From the human T2T-CHM13v2.0 reference genome, Homo sapiens: a stretch of 64,000 bases of DNA. Below the pieces are notes generated by a model. That model was not told where the DNA came from. It worked only from the letters and a program-made list of their open reading frames with translations, and did no database searches. The DNA lies in assembly GCF_009914755.1 (NCBI RefSeq), contig NC_060937.1; one strand, 5' to 3'. Shown in pieces: positions 33,231 through 46,783 of this stretch; within the stretch, counting starts at the first letter, position 1; every line of letters starts with the position of its first letter. The translations under genes were made by a program, and so were the position numbers.

Positions 33231-34514
33231 CTCCTGGATACTTTTTCCTCATTTCATCAATTACTTAGCCCCTTTGTTCACTGAAAGACACCTGCACATA
33301 CATAGCATTTATTTTCTTAAATTTTCACTTTTTCCTTCAGAAGTGTTCCTTCTTTTAAAAGCTTCTTTATATTTGTATATACAGATGTCACATGCCTCTT
33401 GTGGCACTTTCAAACTTATCACTACATTCATGGTTATCTGACATGGTAAGTTTTTAATTATATTCACAAAAATCTAAAAAGTAAGTACGAGCATAGCAAA
33501 ATGTCTTAGGCCAAGAAACAACTCAGTGACAAGATGAAAACAACTCAGTGACAGGGTGAAAATGACCTTGGATGACCTCTAATGCCAACAAGCGGTATAA
33601 ACATCATTAACCAACTCAGGATCTAATAAAATTCAACTAGTAAATAGCAGTTTTTCCATATCTGATGAAGCCTTTTTTAAAAAACGCTATAATAAAAGAA
33701 AAGCTGTCTTAACTACCTATACGATTTTTAAAAGACCAAAAGTATACAATTCTAATGTGAGCCTAATATAATTTACTCCTATAAAAAAAGAAAAGATGAT
33801 CAGTTTCTTCATTATCATCTCCTACCTAAACAAAAACACAATGCAGTAATACTAGAGAACATGAAACACCACTGGTGCTGCCCAGAAATAACTCATAAGG
33901 AATCTGGATGAATTTTAGCTGTTGGAAGATCATTTTAATTGTGCATACATAAAACCTACCCTATATAGGAATAAATGAAAACTGAAGTGCCAGCTAGATT
34001 ATTAGAAAATACTCTTAACAAGAAATCGGTTCATTGTGCTGAGGCTCTGAAATTTTCTGCTAGTCAGCAAGTAAGACCTGGAAACAAGCAGGCAAAGCAT
34101 CATAAGCAAGGGCATTGTGTTTATTAGATACATCTAATGTCAATCACAAATTTTTTACTAAGCTTTTGTGTTATAGGGGCATTTTTATCAAATCCCTAAT
34201 CGGAAATAGAAGCAAAAAAAAAAAAATTCACGTTAATGTTAACAAGAATGTGTGAAACTTTGGTTCTTCTAAGTTTCTAGTGGTTAAAATATAAGCCTCC
34301 TTTAAGTAAGAACAACCAAAAAGTGAGAGAAAATAAAAAGAACTTAATTTACTTGTAACTGACAATGTTTTCCAAAATTAACATTGGAAACTGTAACTGA
34401 AAGCAAGAAAAACTGACACTGAAATGTATTAAAACTCCCTACTAATATTACAATATTAACAAATCAATGCTAAAACTAACAAATCAATTCCAGATTTTCC
34501 ATGTAGAGAAAATA

Positions 34515-34845
34515 CAGTCACCCCTTGGTATCCATGGGAGATTGGTTCCAGGACTTCCCACAGACACCAGAATCCAGAGATGCTCCAGTCTCTGATAAAA
34601 AATGGCATAGTATTTGCATATAACATTCACATCCTCCCATATACTTTAAATCATCTCTAGATGACTTATGATACCCAATACAACGTAAATGCTATGTAAA
34701 TAGTCATTATATTGTTTAGGGAATAACAAGAAAAGAAAGCTGTGCATGTTCAGTGTAGACACAATTGTTTTTCCAAATATTTTCAACCTACGGTTAGTTG
34801 AATTCATGGATGCAAAACCAACCCATGGATACAGAGGTTCGACTG
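34515..34845. mobile_element. MER2 (Tigger-family MITE)
   Basis: TA|cagtcaccccttggtatccatgg ... ccatggatacagaggttcgactg|TA, 331 bp. Confidence 0.9.
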
Positions 34846-36238
34846 TATACATAAATCTAAATATATGACTGATTTTTCTCAAAACATAGTTCTTTTCTGA
34901 TCAAGATACGCCTAGAAGAGTAATACTGCAGAATACAATGTCTTCCATCCTTGAGAACATAATGGCCTATTGAGCTAGAGCAGTACTATGACAAGACCTT
35001 TCAAAATACTTTTAAACACTATATTATACATATATCCATACACACAAATATATACATACACACAAGAAACTATAATTCTACACTTATGAACTCAATTTAG
35101 ACTCAGTTGTTTCATTGTGTTGCTTAAAAAACTTTTGTTAGTCTTTATGCCTCGTAAAGTTATGATCATTAATACTTGATATTTAACTTTCACATTTAAA
35201 AAGTCTGAGGAAGAACTACTACAGTAATACTTAAGGAAGCGTTCAAAGAATAAAAACTTTATCCAAAACTTTTCTAATAAATTCCTCAGAATAGCCCTTA
35301 CATTCAGTTGGAAACCAGCTTGACAGGGAAAAAGAAGGAGCTAGCAAACTTTCAGGAGCATTTATAAAAGAGGAATTCTGCTTCTTGATCCAAAATATCA
35401 AAAAAAAAAAACATAAATAGAAAATAAAGAATGGATGTTCTAATTAAGAATCTTAGAAATGTGGGATGGGCTATCCTTCGATATCAGCTCACCTAAACTG
35501 GGCATGTTAATGCAGCTGTAATACAGATGCCAATGATACGTGGATAAGGGAGGTGAGGAGTCTATCACAACTTCTGACTCCAAGCTAGTGCATTCAGAAG
35601 GGCTTTTAATTAGAAGTACAAAGTTCAAAGAGAAATGTTTAAAGCATTTTATCTAAACCTAATGGTACAGCCAAAAAGTAAGGGGTGGGGCACGGGGGAG
35701 TGCAACATGCTAAGAGGTAGCAGTCCAGTTGTAATCTGTAGGTAGTTAAACTGTCTGGACAGTTTAATCATCTTGACCTACGAAAATTAATTGGGGAAAA
35801 AGACAACTCGCAAAGCACTGATAAGCAAATGTTCATCTCTACTAAGTATTCTTGGAGACACAATAAACACACTGCACTACATAACATAAACCAAAATTCC
35901 CCCGAAAATCTCTTTAAATATCTCTCCAAATCTCTCCCAGAAACCCCACCTCCCCACAAAGGACCAGACATCTTTTTGGTTCTCCTTTCCTATCTATCTC
36001 TCAAACTTGTCCTCCTTCCCTCTATCCTTACTCCCTCTCTGCCCCTCTGCTTCCTTCAAGAATCTGCTGCTCCTTTCAAGGGTCTGCTTTCACTTGTCTG
36101 GAATATAGGTTTTGGCCTCTCAGGACTTCCCTAGTTTCATATTGCCGCAGATTACCCGGACAAACCTGAAAGTAGAACGGCAAATAGAAGACTCCTTCCT
36201 CTCAACAGATAGGAAAGGTATAATGTATGTTTATTTTT

Positions 36239-36534
36239 GAGGGGCGGGGAGGGGGACAGGGTCTCACTCTGTCACCCAGACTGTACTGCAGTGGCATGAT
36301 CTCAGCTCACCGCAACCTCCACCTCCTGGGTTCAAGCGATTCTCCTGCCTCAGCCTCCTGAATAGCTGGGATTACAGGCCTGTGCCACTACACCCAGCTA
36401 ATTTTTGTATTTTTAGGAGAGACAGGGTTTCACCATGTTAGCCAGGCTGGTCTGGAACTCCTGACCTCAAATGATCCACCCGCCTCGGCCTCCCAAAGTG
36501 CCAGGATTACAGGAGTAAGCCACCAAGCGCAGCC
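36239..36534 (-). mobile_element. AluS, minus strand, with a G-rich (plus strand) segment in place of the poly(A/T) tail
   Basis: Antisense Alu body gacagggtctcactctgtcaccc...gccaccaagcgcagcc. TSD-like tttattttt on both sides. Confidence 0.93.
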
Positions 36535-37529
36535 ATATATTTTATTTTTACTAACCCTCTGTAATTGATAGAGAAAAAATATATAAATCTTGTTCAGAAT
36601 AGATTTAGATCAATAAGAATCCTTTTTAACACATACTTTAATTGTATATAAATTAATCCATAGTCTCCCATGACCCCCATCATGAGATTTTTCTCACATT
36701 ATCCAGAAATAATACATCCAGAAACAGCTCACCTTTAACACAACTCAAGCACCTACAAGAAAATAAGCATTAATAAACACTTCTATCACAGACATAGGTA
36801 TGATGCACCATCCCAAAGAGAAAAGAGGAAAAAGAAAACTAAGTGAAGGCAGCAACTCTATTAGGATATATCTTCCATGCTTGGTTTGTCCACTCAAACA
36901 TAAGAAGCTTGACTACAGAAATCATCTTTTAACAGTATCTGATGGAGTACTTTAAGCATTCTAAGGGAAGATAAGATTAAAAATAATCAAACCCTAATAA
37001 AGAATGAGAACTATACTCAAGGTTAAGCATTACTATTAAATACATCTATATTTATATAATAGATTTGTATATTAATTTCTAATTCTTTTTTATTTTTAAA
37101 AATAATGAAAATCCTCAGGCAGTTGTGGTTTACAAGAGCATTCTCTGTTCTGGTCCAGAATTTTCTTGTTCTTACATTTATTGGAAACCATGGATCCTCT
37201 TCCATTTGGCCTATCACATCACATCCTGCTATCAAGGCCTTTACCACTAACTGCATCACAGTCTTACCTTCCAGCTACGTGATCTAACAAGTCAAGTCTA
37301 TATTCTTCTTAAAAGACATTTTCTCCAATAAACTTGCTGTTAAACATCTGAGTTGAGTCATTTACCATAGAATGGGCACAGCGCCTTGTAGTACCTCTCT
37401 CATCTATGCTATGAGTGAGCCCACACTAAGTGAGGGGAGCGTCTTAAGGATGCTCCTTTGAATGGAAACAGTAATTTCCAGATTGAATTAGAATTAAAGA
37501 TCCAGCACAGGCAAAAATGCATGTGGATG

Positions 37530-37825
37530 GTATATCAGGACTCTTTAACAGCGGCAAAGAAAAAACCCGGAGTAGCTTCCATGAGAACCTGCATCACTTC
37601 ACATAATGAAGAGTCTAGGGGCAGGAATGCATTAAGCCAGAGAAGCAGCTCTGTGACATCAAGCACCGTACAACCTCTCACAATCACATCCAATGGCGGA
37701 ACAAAGTGGCTCTCCAACTCTGGATCCTTTCATGAGGGAGGGAAACCTTTCTCAAAAACCCCAAAGTGGAACTGCCCACCAGAGTGTACCGGACAAACCT
37801 GGATCACGTTCCCATGCCCTGAAAG
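37530..37825 (-). mobile_element. MLT1J/K-like MaLR LTR
   Basis: Minus strand GGAACGTGATCCAGGTTTG...GAGAAAGGTTTCCCTCCCTC...GAGTCCTGATATAC resembles MLT1J. Confidence 0.5.
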
Positions 37826-38727
37826 TTAGAAAAATGTAAATCTGGTATTTTCTGCTTCTAAATACGACACTTCCTTAATAAAATTGTAATCATTCTTCCT
37901 AACTGCACAAATTCAGTTTTATTCTTGTGCCACCTAAATTCAAACTTAATAACGTCTTAGAAATAACCTAGTTTGATTGGTGGCTTTTTTTTTTAATTCT
38001 AAAAACCAACCTTATCTACGTTAGGCCTACTTTGAGGGTTAATACTTTGAGGGTTAAGTATTTTCAAACCATGCACTGTTAGACATCAGTACTATTTTCA
38101 AAAAAATAATATTAATGCTTACCCAAAAAGGAGAATCTCAAAGCAATTCTAAGCCTAAAACCATAACAAAAGTATATCTTTTTTATCCTGTGTCCTTTTC
38201 ATATCCTGTGTAGAACAATGTATCCATAAACTTTGATTCTGTTCTTTTCAGAGTAGCTTTTTCAATAGTCATTAATGTAAATAAAGTGGCATGACAAAGT
38301 CTGTACCCTAGAGTTAATAAAATGTGTTTCTACTTCCAGAGCAAAAACAAATGACTGGTCAGCTTGAACTTTCTAGAATGTTAACCATCTGCCAAATTAT
38401 TCAGAACCTTCCTAGGAAGAGCCATGATCCTCCACACACTAATTAAATGAGTCAATGCTGTAATCACACTTTAGATAACTAATCTATTTCAATCCTGATA
38501 ATTTAATTACCTAATTCTGGTAAACAAATTTCAACCTTAGTCCAAAATGATTAGAGGATTAAAGTTGAAAATCAGTGAATGCAAACTGAAATAGATCCAC
38601 ATAACAAAGTTCAAAACAGTTTGTTTCTTAAAATTATGTTTATTATCTCAAATTCAAGAATTAATATGAACTATCATGCCAAGGTTTTCTAAACCAGTTC
38701 TAACTGATGTCGTATCTCTTATAATAA

Positions 38728-39225
<498 letters not shown>

Positions 39226-39445
39226 TAAAAAAAAGCCTTAGAAATGTGAACTTACAAATAGTAAATCTGTATTTTTACTGATGTACTTTTCTCTATATTT
39301 TAAATTATGGTATAATGATTACAATAACAAGAACAAAAAACAAATTACAAAGAAAAACAAACTATTGCTACCACCACTGCTACCACAAGAGGCAGTCACC
39401 AGTCATAAAATATGTTGTGTTCTAATCATGAAATAAACAATTTAA

Positions 39446-39731
39446 TTTTGTTTTTATTATTATTATTATTTTAGAGACAGGGTCTCACTCTGTCACCCAG
39501 GCTGGAGTACAGTGATGTGATCGAAGTTCACTGCAGCCTCGAACTCCTGGGTTCAAGCAATCCTCCCACCTCAGCCACCCAAGTAGCCAGGACTATAGTC
39601 TCTCATCACCACATCCAGCTAATTTCTTTTTCTGGTTGAGACAAAGTCTCACTATGTTCTCCAGGCTGCTCTCAAACTCCTGGCCTCAAGAGGTCCTCCC
39701 ACCTTGACTTCTCAAACCACCATACCTGCCC
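39446..39731 (-). mobile_element. AluJ with (TTA)n tail
   Basis: gagacagggtctcactctgtcacccaggctggagtacagtg... Confidence 0.9.
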
Positions 39732-39970
39732 ATTTAACTCTGATAATGAGTCCACTATGTAGGTATTCCCATTTTATAGTAAGGAAATTGAGAATCAAAG
39801 AGGTAAAATAAGATTTCCAAGGTCAAGCAGAGACACATAAGCAGATCCAAAACACCAGAGCTCTGATTCTTAAACCCCCAATACCAATTTGTGATATATA
39901 AGTATCATTAAAGGACAAAGGCAATTAGTATCAGTATCATAGTAGCAGGATACAGAGCCCATCTATATAG

Positions 39971-40368
<398 letters not shown>

Positions 40369-41240
40369 TCACTTGTGTCTTTCTTCCAAAAGAAAGGCCT
40401 CAGAGTCAATGACTGGTCTAGCAGTTAAGTGGAGTTAAAGTATAAATAACTTATGTTCTTGTAACCTGAACTTAGGTTAAAATACCCAAGGAAAACTAGT
40501 GTGTTAAGCTACTTTTTCCTAATCCAATTCTGTTGTAAATTGAGCCAAAATCATTTTCCACTGTCTTTCTACTGATTGCTTCTTCATTGGCTTCCATTTT
40601 ATATTTTCATCCAATCCATTTATTCACAATTTGTATGTGACTAGTCAAGCTCATTTGTTTTCCATGAAATAAATGCAATTGATTCTGTGTGCCAGTCATG
40701 GTTTCTTAGACATTTAGTCATTACTTCCACCCACATATTTCATGTTTCTCTAGAAAATTGGCAGCCATGTAGAGGCCTAATGCTCCTTTCAATACCAACA
40801 TTTATAATTTGTTACAAGATAATTTTATTCATAGGGAGACTCACATTAAAGACATTTCTAAGCCACTATTATGTACCTTGATGTAGACAGAGTAAAATCG
40901 GTCTCACTTTTCTATAATGCAGATATCACTGTGATTTATAAGTGACATTAAAAATCAATGACTATATTAATTCACTAACAAGGAAAGGTGACAGAGTAGA
41001 CCCCCTCCCAGTGTTTCTTAGCAATGTAACTAGCTAAAAAACAGAAGCAGCTTAAAAGTTTTAAGATGAGAAATATTTTTAATTTAAACAAATGTATAAT
41101 ATACTTGTGCCCTTAATTATACATTCAGAAGCCCTCTGATTACAGTTGCCCACAAACTTAAGTACTTCATTAGATAAATGTGCTGTTTTCCATGTTAAAA
41201 CATGTTCGGCAGTATTTTTCAACTTGACAGTTTTACTTAC

Positions 41241-41345
41241 TGTCTTAGAAGCAGTATTAATGTACTGCATCACCATTTCTTTTTTGATACTGAAGTCCTT
41301 TTCCCGCAATGGTGCCTTTTTATCTTCATTTAAATTCATATCTTC
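41241..41345 (-). CDS. DIAPH3: DIAPH3 internal coding exon (probably exon 4), 35 codons: EDMNLNEDKKAPLREKDFSIKKEMVMQYINTASKT (Drf GTPase-binding domain)
   Basis: Minus strand reads ttgtgttttccag|GAAGATATG...TCTAAGACA|gtaagt. It lies inside ORF 41079..41426 and joins the upstream exon in frame (...FEKMM|EDMNL...), a motif typical of Diaphanous formins. Confidence 0.97.
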
Positions 41346-42599
41346 CTGGAAAACACAATTAAAATGCCTCATTTTAGAATCTAAGTAGAGCAGCAATTCT
41401 ACATGCACTACAAATGGAAAAATCAATAATTTGTGACTAAAGCAGCATTAATTGTTTTGGAATGATTTACGTGTAGTTCTGCCTGAAGGAAGGAGAGAGA
41501 AAAGAGGTGGAGAGGGAGAGAAGAAAGTATTCTAGATCATTTTAACAGGTAAAACACTTACTAAAAGAACTTTTAAAATTCACAGCAGGCAAATAAAATT
41601 ATATTCACATAACTATAGATAATTAGACAGTTGCAGATTTCTGCCATTCATAAGGTCACACAATTTCAATATATTTATTTATTTTTACAACAGCTGCACC
41701 TGAAGCTATCTTCCACTGCTTTGAAAGAGCTGCTCTGTGTGTCATAAAAATTAAAAGGTAAATAAACCAACCAATTTTCAGATTCTGATAGCCACATCAA
41801 ATATCCAGTACTGGTTCCAGCAAAAGACAAAGCACTTTATAGTTTTGTCTTTTCCCTACTCTTATCAAAAATGTTAACTAATTTATTGAATGTTCTAAAT
41901 TACATAAAAGTTGTACTTATAAAAACAGCTACCACCTAAAATCGAACATTTCTCAACAGCACCAACCAAAATAAGGGTTTAAGTAACTAAGATCTTGCTA
42001 CAAGCTTAATTTTGACTAAAAATTCAAGTCAGGTATATATCCACATAAATATATGAATTGCTCTTAATTAAGCTCCTGAAGTAAGAGGCTATTCTGGCAA
42101 AGGAAAGGGCGCCTGAGGTAAGACAGAAATGGCTAAAGGAGAAGGGCAGCTCAAATGAATTTCCTCGTGAACTTAGCCCTGAGTCATTTGTGATATGCAA
42201 TGTAAAATATCTGAATGTATATAAACTTCGTATCTACTCAGAATGGATCCATAAAATTCAGGACTTTGGATCACCTATGGAGCCTAGCAAGTTAAATTTC
42301 TTACAGATTTTATAAGGGTGCTACATTCATCAAACGCTGTAGTTTATGCCTTTAGCTGACTCAATTCTTGGCTACCAAACCCTTCGAGCACTTAAAAGTC
42401 AAAATTCCCTTCATTTTACCTTGATAGAAATATTTAAGATCTTAGAAGCTGTTCCATTTGACACTACGATAAAAGGTAGTAATTGGCAATGTCACTTTTG
42501 CTGCTCTAGTTAGAAACACAAACATCCTGTTACGTGAATAAGTGTTTGTTTTGTTTCGTTTTTTTCTCTAAGCTAGTGAGAGAAGGCTCAATAGGCCTT

Positions 42600-42760
42600 A
42601 ATATGACATAGGAAGCATTTTGGAAATTTTGGAAACTTCTGGAGGCATGTTAGTTGTCACAATAATTGAGGTGATGCTACCAGCATTTACAGGGGGTAGC
42701 ATCACAGTTTGACCTGTACAGTAAAAACTACCTTGTGCCCCACAGAGAGATTCACACACC
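42600..42760. mobile_element. MER20/Charlie-like hAT fragment, probably continuing after the LTR to about 43900
   Basis: ggaaacttctggaggcatgttagttgtcacaata...gatgctaccagcattta. Confidence 0.45.
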
Positions 42761-42820
42761 TAAAAAAGAGAGAGAGAAAGAATCATCCTTAACTAAGCCT
42801 AGACTCGAATTCAATGGAAC

Positions 42821-43323
42821 TGTTGCAGGACAGGTGAGCCCCAAATTTGGGGCTCATGGCTTCATCATAGAAAGAATTCAAAGGCAAGATGGTCGTGTTA
42901 CACAGCAACCTTTTATCGAATGGTGCTGCTCCTTGCAGAGCAGGGCTAACTCATAGGCAGTGTGCTCAGAGTCAGCAATGTATGGGCTCTTGGCAATTGT
43001 AATTATACTCACTTAAACTCACTTAGCTATATGCAAATTAGGGGGTGGGTCAATGTAAATTAAGGGGTGGGTTATTTAGAATTTTCTAGGAAAGGGGTGG
43101 TAACTTCTGGGCCATTGCCATGGCATTTGTAAATTGTCATGGCGCTAGTGAGAGTGTCTTATGCTAATTAATGAGGGCAGCTAGGGATTGCTTTTGTCCC
43201 ATTTGCCAGTTATTGCTGTTTTTTGTGTTTTTTTTTTTTAATATTTTAGTCTGTCTGGACCAGTTTCTGTTTTGATCAGCAGGGTTGTGACTAGAAAACA
43301 TGTTCTGCCAGTCTCCTATTCCA
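42821..43323 (-). mobile_element. ERV1 solo LTR, MER66-like (MER4 group), same sense as DIAPH3
   Basis: TG...CA ends with near TSD gaac/gaaa. Minus strand reads TAGGAGACTGGCAGAACATGTTTTCTAGTCACAACCCTGCTGATCAAAACAG. Confidence 0.8.
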
Positions 43324-44090
43324 GAAATAGATGTAAAATGTAAAATTATTACATATTAAATACTTTGTATTGCATAGTTTTACTTTACTGAATTTTCCAA
43401 GAATCAAACTATTCTGTAAATTATAGTTACACTCTGCTTTTTTTAAGCTTTACCAACAGTTGTGCTTCATTTCTGAAATGTAGGTATCCCAGGGAAATAC
43501 TGTCTGTGGTATCTGAATCCCCAAAATAGCACAACTATATCAATCTACCAATCTACAATGCCACTGCTGTACTCACAGAGGTATGAAGCAGAGATTCAAG
43601 AGTATGAATTTACTATACCTTCTTGAGTAGTCATGGCCAATTGTTTAAATTGAAATACATATTTTATTATATAGTAGAGTAAGACATATTGATTTTCTTA
43701 ATTTATGAACATAGGTAACATTATCTACAAAGAATTTCACTGGAAGAAAGTAATGAGATAGTTAGGGGATAATTGTTATAAAACGTGGGGCAATCTGAGA
43801 GCACTGGAAAATTCTGTTTTAAATTATTCACTTTATTTTTATTTTCAGGCTAATGGCCAAACATTACCCAGTCTCTTTAGTAAATTAAAATACTTAATAT
43901 ACACAGAATACCAAAAAACAGAAAGCCCTTTAGTTATGGCTGAAATTGAAATAAAATTTCAAGGTGAATAGTAGAAAGAATTTTTTAAAAAGGCCTCTGC
44001 TTTCTTTTTGGAAAGACATCTTCATGATAACACCAGTTCATACAAAAAAGTGGTTGTGATTGTTATTTTTGGGGGTTGGTTAATTTTAGG

Positions 44091-44656
44091 TGTGATGGTT
44101 AATTTTAGGTTAGACTTCTGGCTTAAAGTATACCCACATAGCTGGTAAAGCATTATCTCTAGGTACGTCTTTCAGAAGAGATTGGCACTTGAATCATTGG
44201 ACTGTAAGTCAGTAAGGACGATCCGCCCTCAGTATGGGCAGGCACCATCTAATCAGCTGAAAGCCTGGATAGAACAAAAAGGCAGAAGAAAGGCTAAGTC
44301 TCCCTCTCTCTTCTGGAGCTGAGACAAACTTCTTCTGCCCTTGGACATCAGAACTCCAGGTTCTTCAAGCTTTGGGCCCTGGGACTTCCCCCAGTGACAC
44401 TCTCCCTGGAGTTCTCAGGCCTTAAAGCCACCTCAGCCTCCAACTGAGTTTCACCAACAACTTCTCTGGTTTTGAAAACTTGGGGCCTTAACTGAGCCAC
44501 GCTGCTGACTTCCCTGGTTCTCCAGCTTGCAGATAGCATACTGTAGGACTTCTTGCCCTTTATAATCATGTGAGCCAGTTCTCCTAATAAATCCCCTCTC
44601 ATATAGACAGGCAGGCATCCTATTGGTTCTGTTTCTCTGGAGAACTCTGACTAGTA
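44091..44656 (+). mobile_element. MLT2B-like ERVL solo LTR
   Basis: tgtgatggttaatttt ... cctattggttctgtttctctggagaactctgacta. Confidence 0.88.
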
Positions 44657-44810
44657 GTGATACATCTGGAATTAAGGGAGAAACCCAAAATTCTCCCAGC
44701 TGCTTCCTCTGGTTTATCCCACCTCTTTTGCCTAAATATGGCACTCGCCTTCCTGACAAAAGTATGATGACAGTCCTAGTATAAAAAACCAAAAGGAAAC
44801 AAATAATACT

Positions 44811-45240
44811 TGCTCTAATTTGGATGTTATCCCATGCAAATCTCATATTTAAATTTGATCCCCAATGTTGGAAGTAGGGCCTAGTGGGACGTGTCTGGGT
44901 CATGGGTGCAGCTCCCTCATGAATAGATTAATGACCTTCCTGGGGTGGGGGCGATTGAGTTCTTGCCCTATTAATTCCCATGAGAGCAGGCTGTTTATAA
45001 GAGTTTGGAACCTCCCCACCACCTTCTCCCTTGCCTCCTCTCTCACCATGTGATCTCTGCACACACCAGCTTTTTCTTGTCTTTCATCATGAGTGGAAGC
45101 TCCCTGAGGCCCTCACCAAAAGCAGATGCTGGTCCCATGCTTCTTGTACAGCTTGCAGAACTGACAGCCAAATAAACCTCTTTTTTAAATTATTCAGCCT
45201 CAGGTATTCCTTTATGGCAACATAAAAATGGACTAAGACA
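44811..45240 (+). mobile_element. MSTB-like MaLR solo LTR
   Basis: tgctctaatttggatgtt...gatccccaatgttggaagtagggcct...aaatggactaagaca. Confidence 0.88.
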
Positions 45241-45769
45241 ACAATACAAAAGTTTGGAATCAACTACATAACACCCTAAACTTTTGTGGGATACCCACTA
45301 GGCATGTAACTTCATCTAACAGGTCATCCTCCATATTTCCAGGAGGAAATGGCATTTGAAAGCGTAAGAAAAGCTCTGCCCTTTAAAAAAGAAAAAAAAA
45401 AAGAGAGAGAGAGAGAGAAATAAGGGGGCAGTAGAGAGAAAATATGCATGAAAGCATGAGGGGTATGGTATTATTAGAATATATTTTGAATTTCTATTTA
45501 TGGAAAACAAGGCTGAAAGAAGAAAACTCCATGAGGCAGTGGCACTTAACTTCTGGGGGTCACGAAGTCCTTAGAAAATTTATTGGGAGCTTTTTTTCCT
45601 AAAAAATGCATATCCATATTTTATGTTGCAATTCCAGAAGGGTGAAGCATCTCCCAAGGCTATCTAAGAAACTGGACTTGGTGAAGGTCAGTGGGGGAGA
45701 AGTGAGCAAGTTATCATTTTTTATGTTTCTTAGTTTATATTTCCTCAAAATTATCATGTTGTATCTCCA

Positions 45770-46137
45770 TTATCTAAGGTCAGTTTCCCTTAAAAGCAGA
45801 GCCTGAAACAGGGATTCAGGTGCAGGTGGGGCTGCTCTCAGGATAAGAAAGTAAAGGAGGTAAGACAAAAGAGGAAAAAAGACATACTAAAGGTGGCCTC
45901 TGGTGGATTCTCACTTCACCCTGAGATGCACCACAGTCAGGATAGCCTGGTAGCAGAAACCAGCCTCAACAACCTCAAGTTAGTCATCAGCTGCAGAATC
46001 CTAGTTCTGATGAGGGCAAATCTCTGGAGAAAGGGGCATCTATAAGCTATTAGAAGCCAACACTCATCACCTGGGGCATGGGTGCACCAGCCTGGTAAAA
46101 AGGAGCTGGGAGGGGGTACTAAAAGTACCTACTATAC
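45770..46137 (-). mobile_element. LTR33-like ERVL LTR
   Basis: ggtcagtttcccttaaaagcagagcctgaaacagggattcaggtgca. Confidence 0.6.
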
Positions 46138-46783
46138 CATCTGAAAATAATTTACTTGATATTAAAATAAGACTTCTTTCAAATTGAAAGAATAAATATA
46201 GAAACAAATTGAACAGAATAAATTGAACAGAATAAATATAGAAACACATATAGCTGACCTTAAAAAAAAAGGCAATATAAACTATTGTGTATTAACTCCT
46301 CCTTCCATTCAAACACAGGTCAGTAAAACATGCTGCTTTACTGTGCTACCACACTACATAGGTACAAAATGACACTGCAGACACAGATTGTAAAACGGCT
46401 CTAAAATGGCTGTTTACCTCAATATATCAGTATGCTGATATATGTACGTATCTCATTAAATATCTATTATAGGTAAAATACTGAACAGGAAATACAAAGT
46501 AAACATAAATACATAAGGCTCAGTGAGTAATCTGAATGAGGTTAAAATTTCCATGGATATATGAAATAAATCTCTACCCTTTAAATGGAAAAATCTTATC
46601 AACTGGCTATTGGGCTGAATATATCACACTCAAAAACATCATTTGCCAAGTCACCTATTCAAAATTTTAATCTCTCTGAAGAGCATATTATTGTTTTTGA
46701 TGTTAAAGTTCTATTAAAAAGTTCTATTAATATGTTAGTAATATACATTATGAATTATCTCATCCATAGTACTCCTTAATATA

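Noticed and set aside
37458-37829. 123-aa plus-strand ORF
   Set aside because: It overlaps an MLT1-like LTR on the opposite strand and has no recognisable domain.
38028-38057. Short perfect tandem duplications (15 bp x2 here, 13 bp x2 at 46705-46730, aatct-type repeat at 19441-19477)
   Set aside because: These are ordinary slippage products with no shared unit or regular spacing.
41079-41426. 115-aa ORF as a stand-alone gene
   Set aside because: Only 41241-41345 is DIAPH3-like and bounded by splice sites. The flanks are intronic read-through.
44451-44903. 150-aa minus-strand ORF
   Set aside because: It spans the antisense strands of the MST and MLT2 LTRs and shows no protein-like features.
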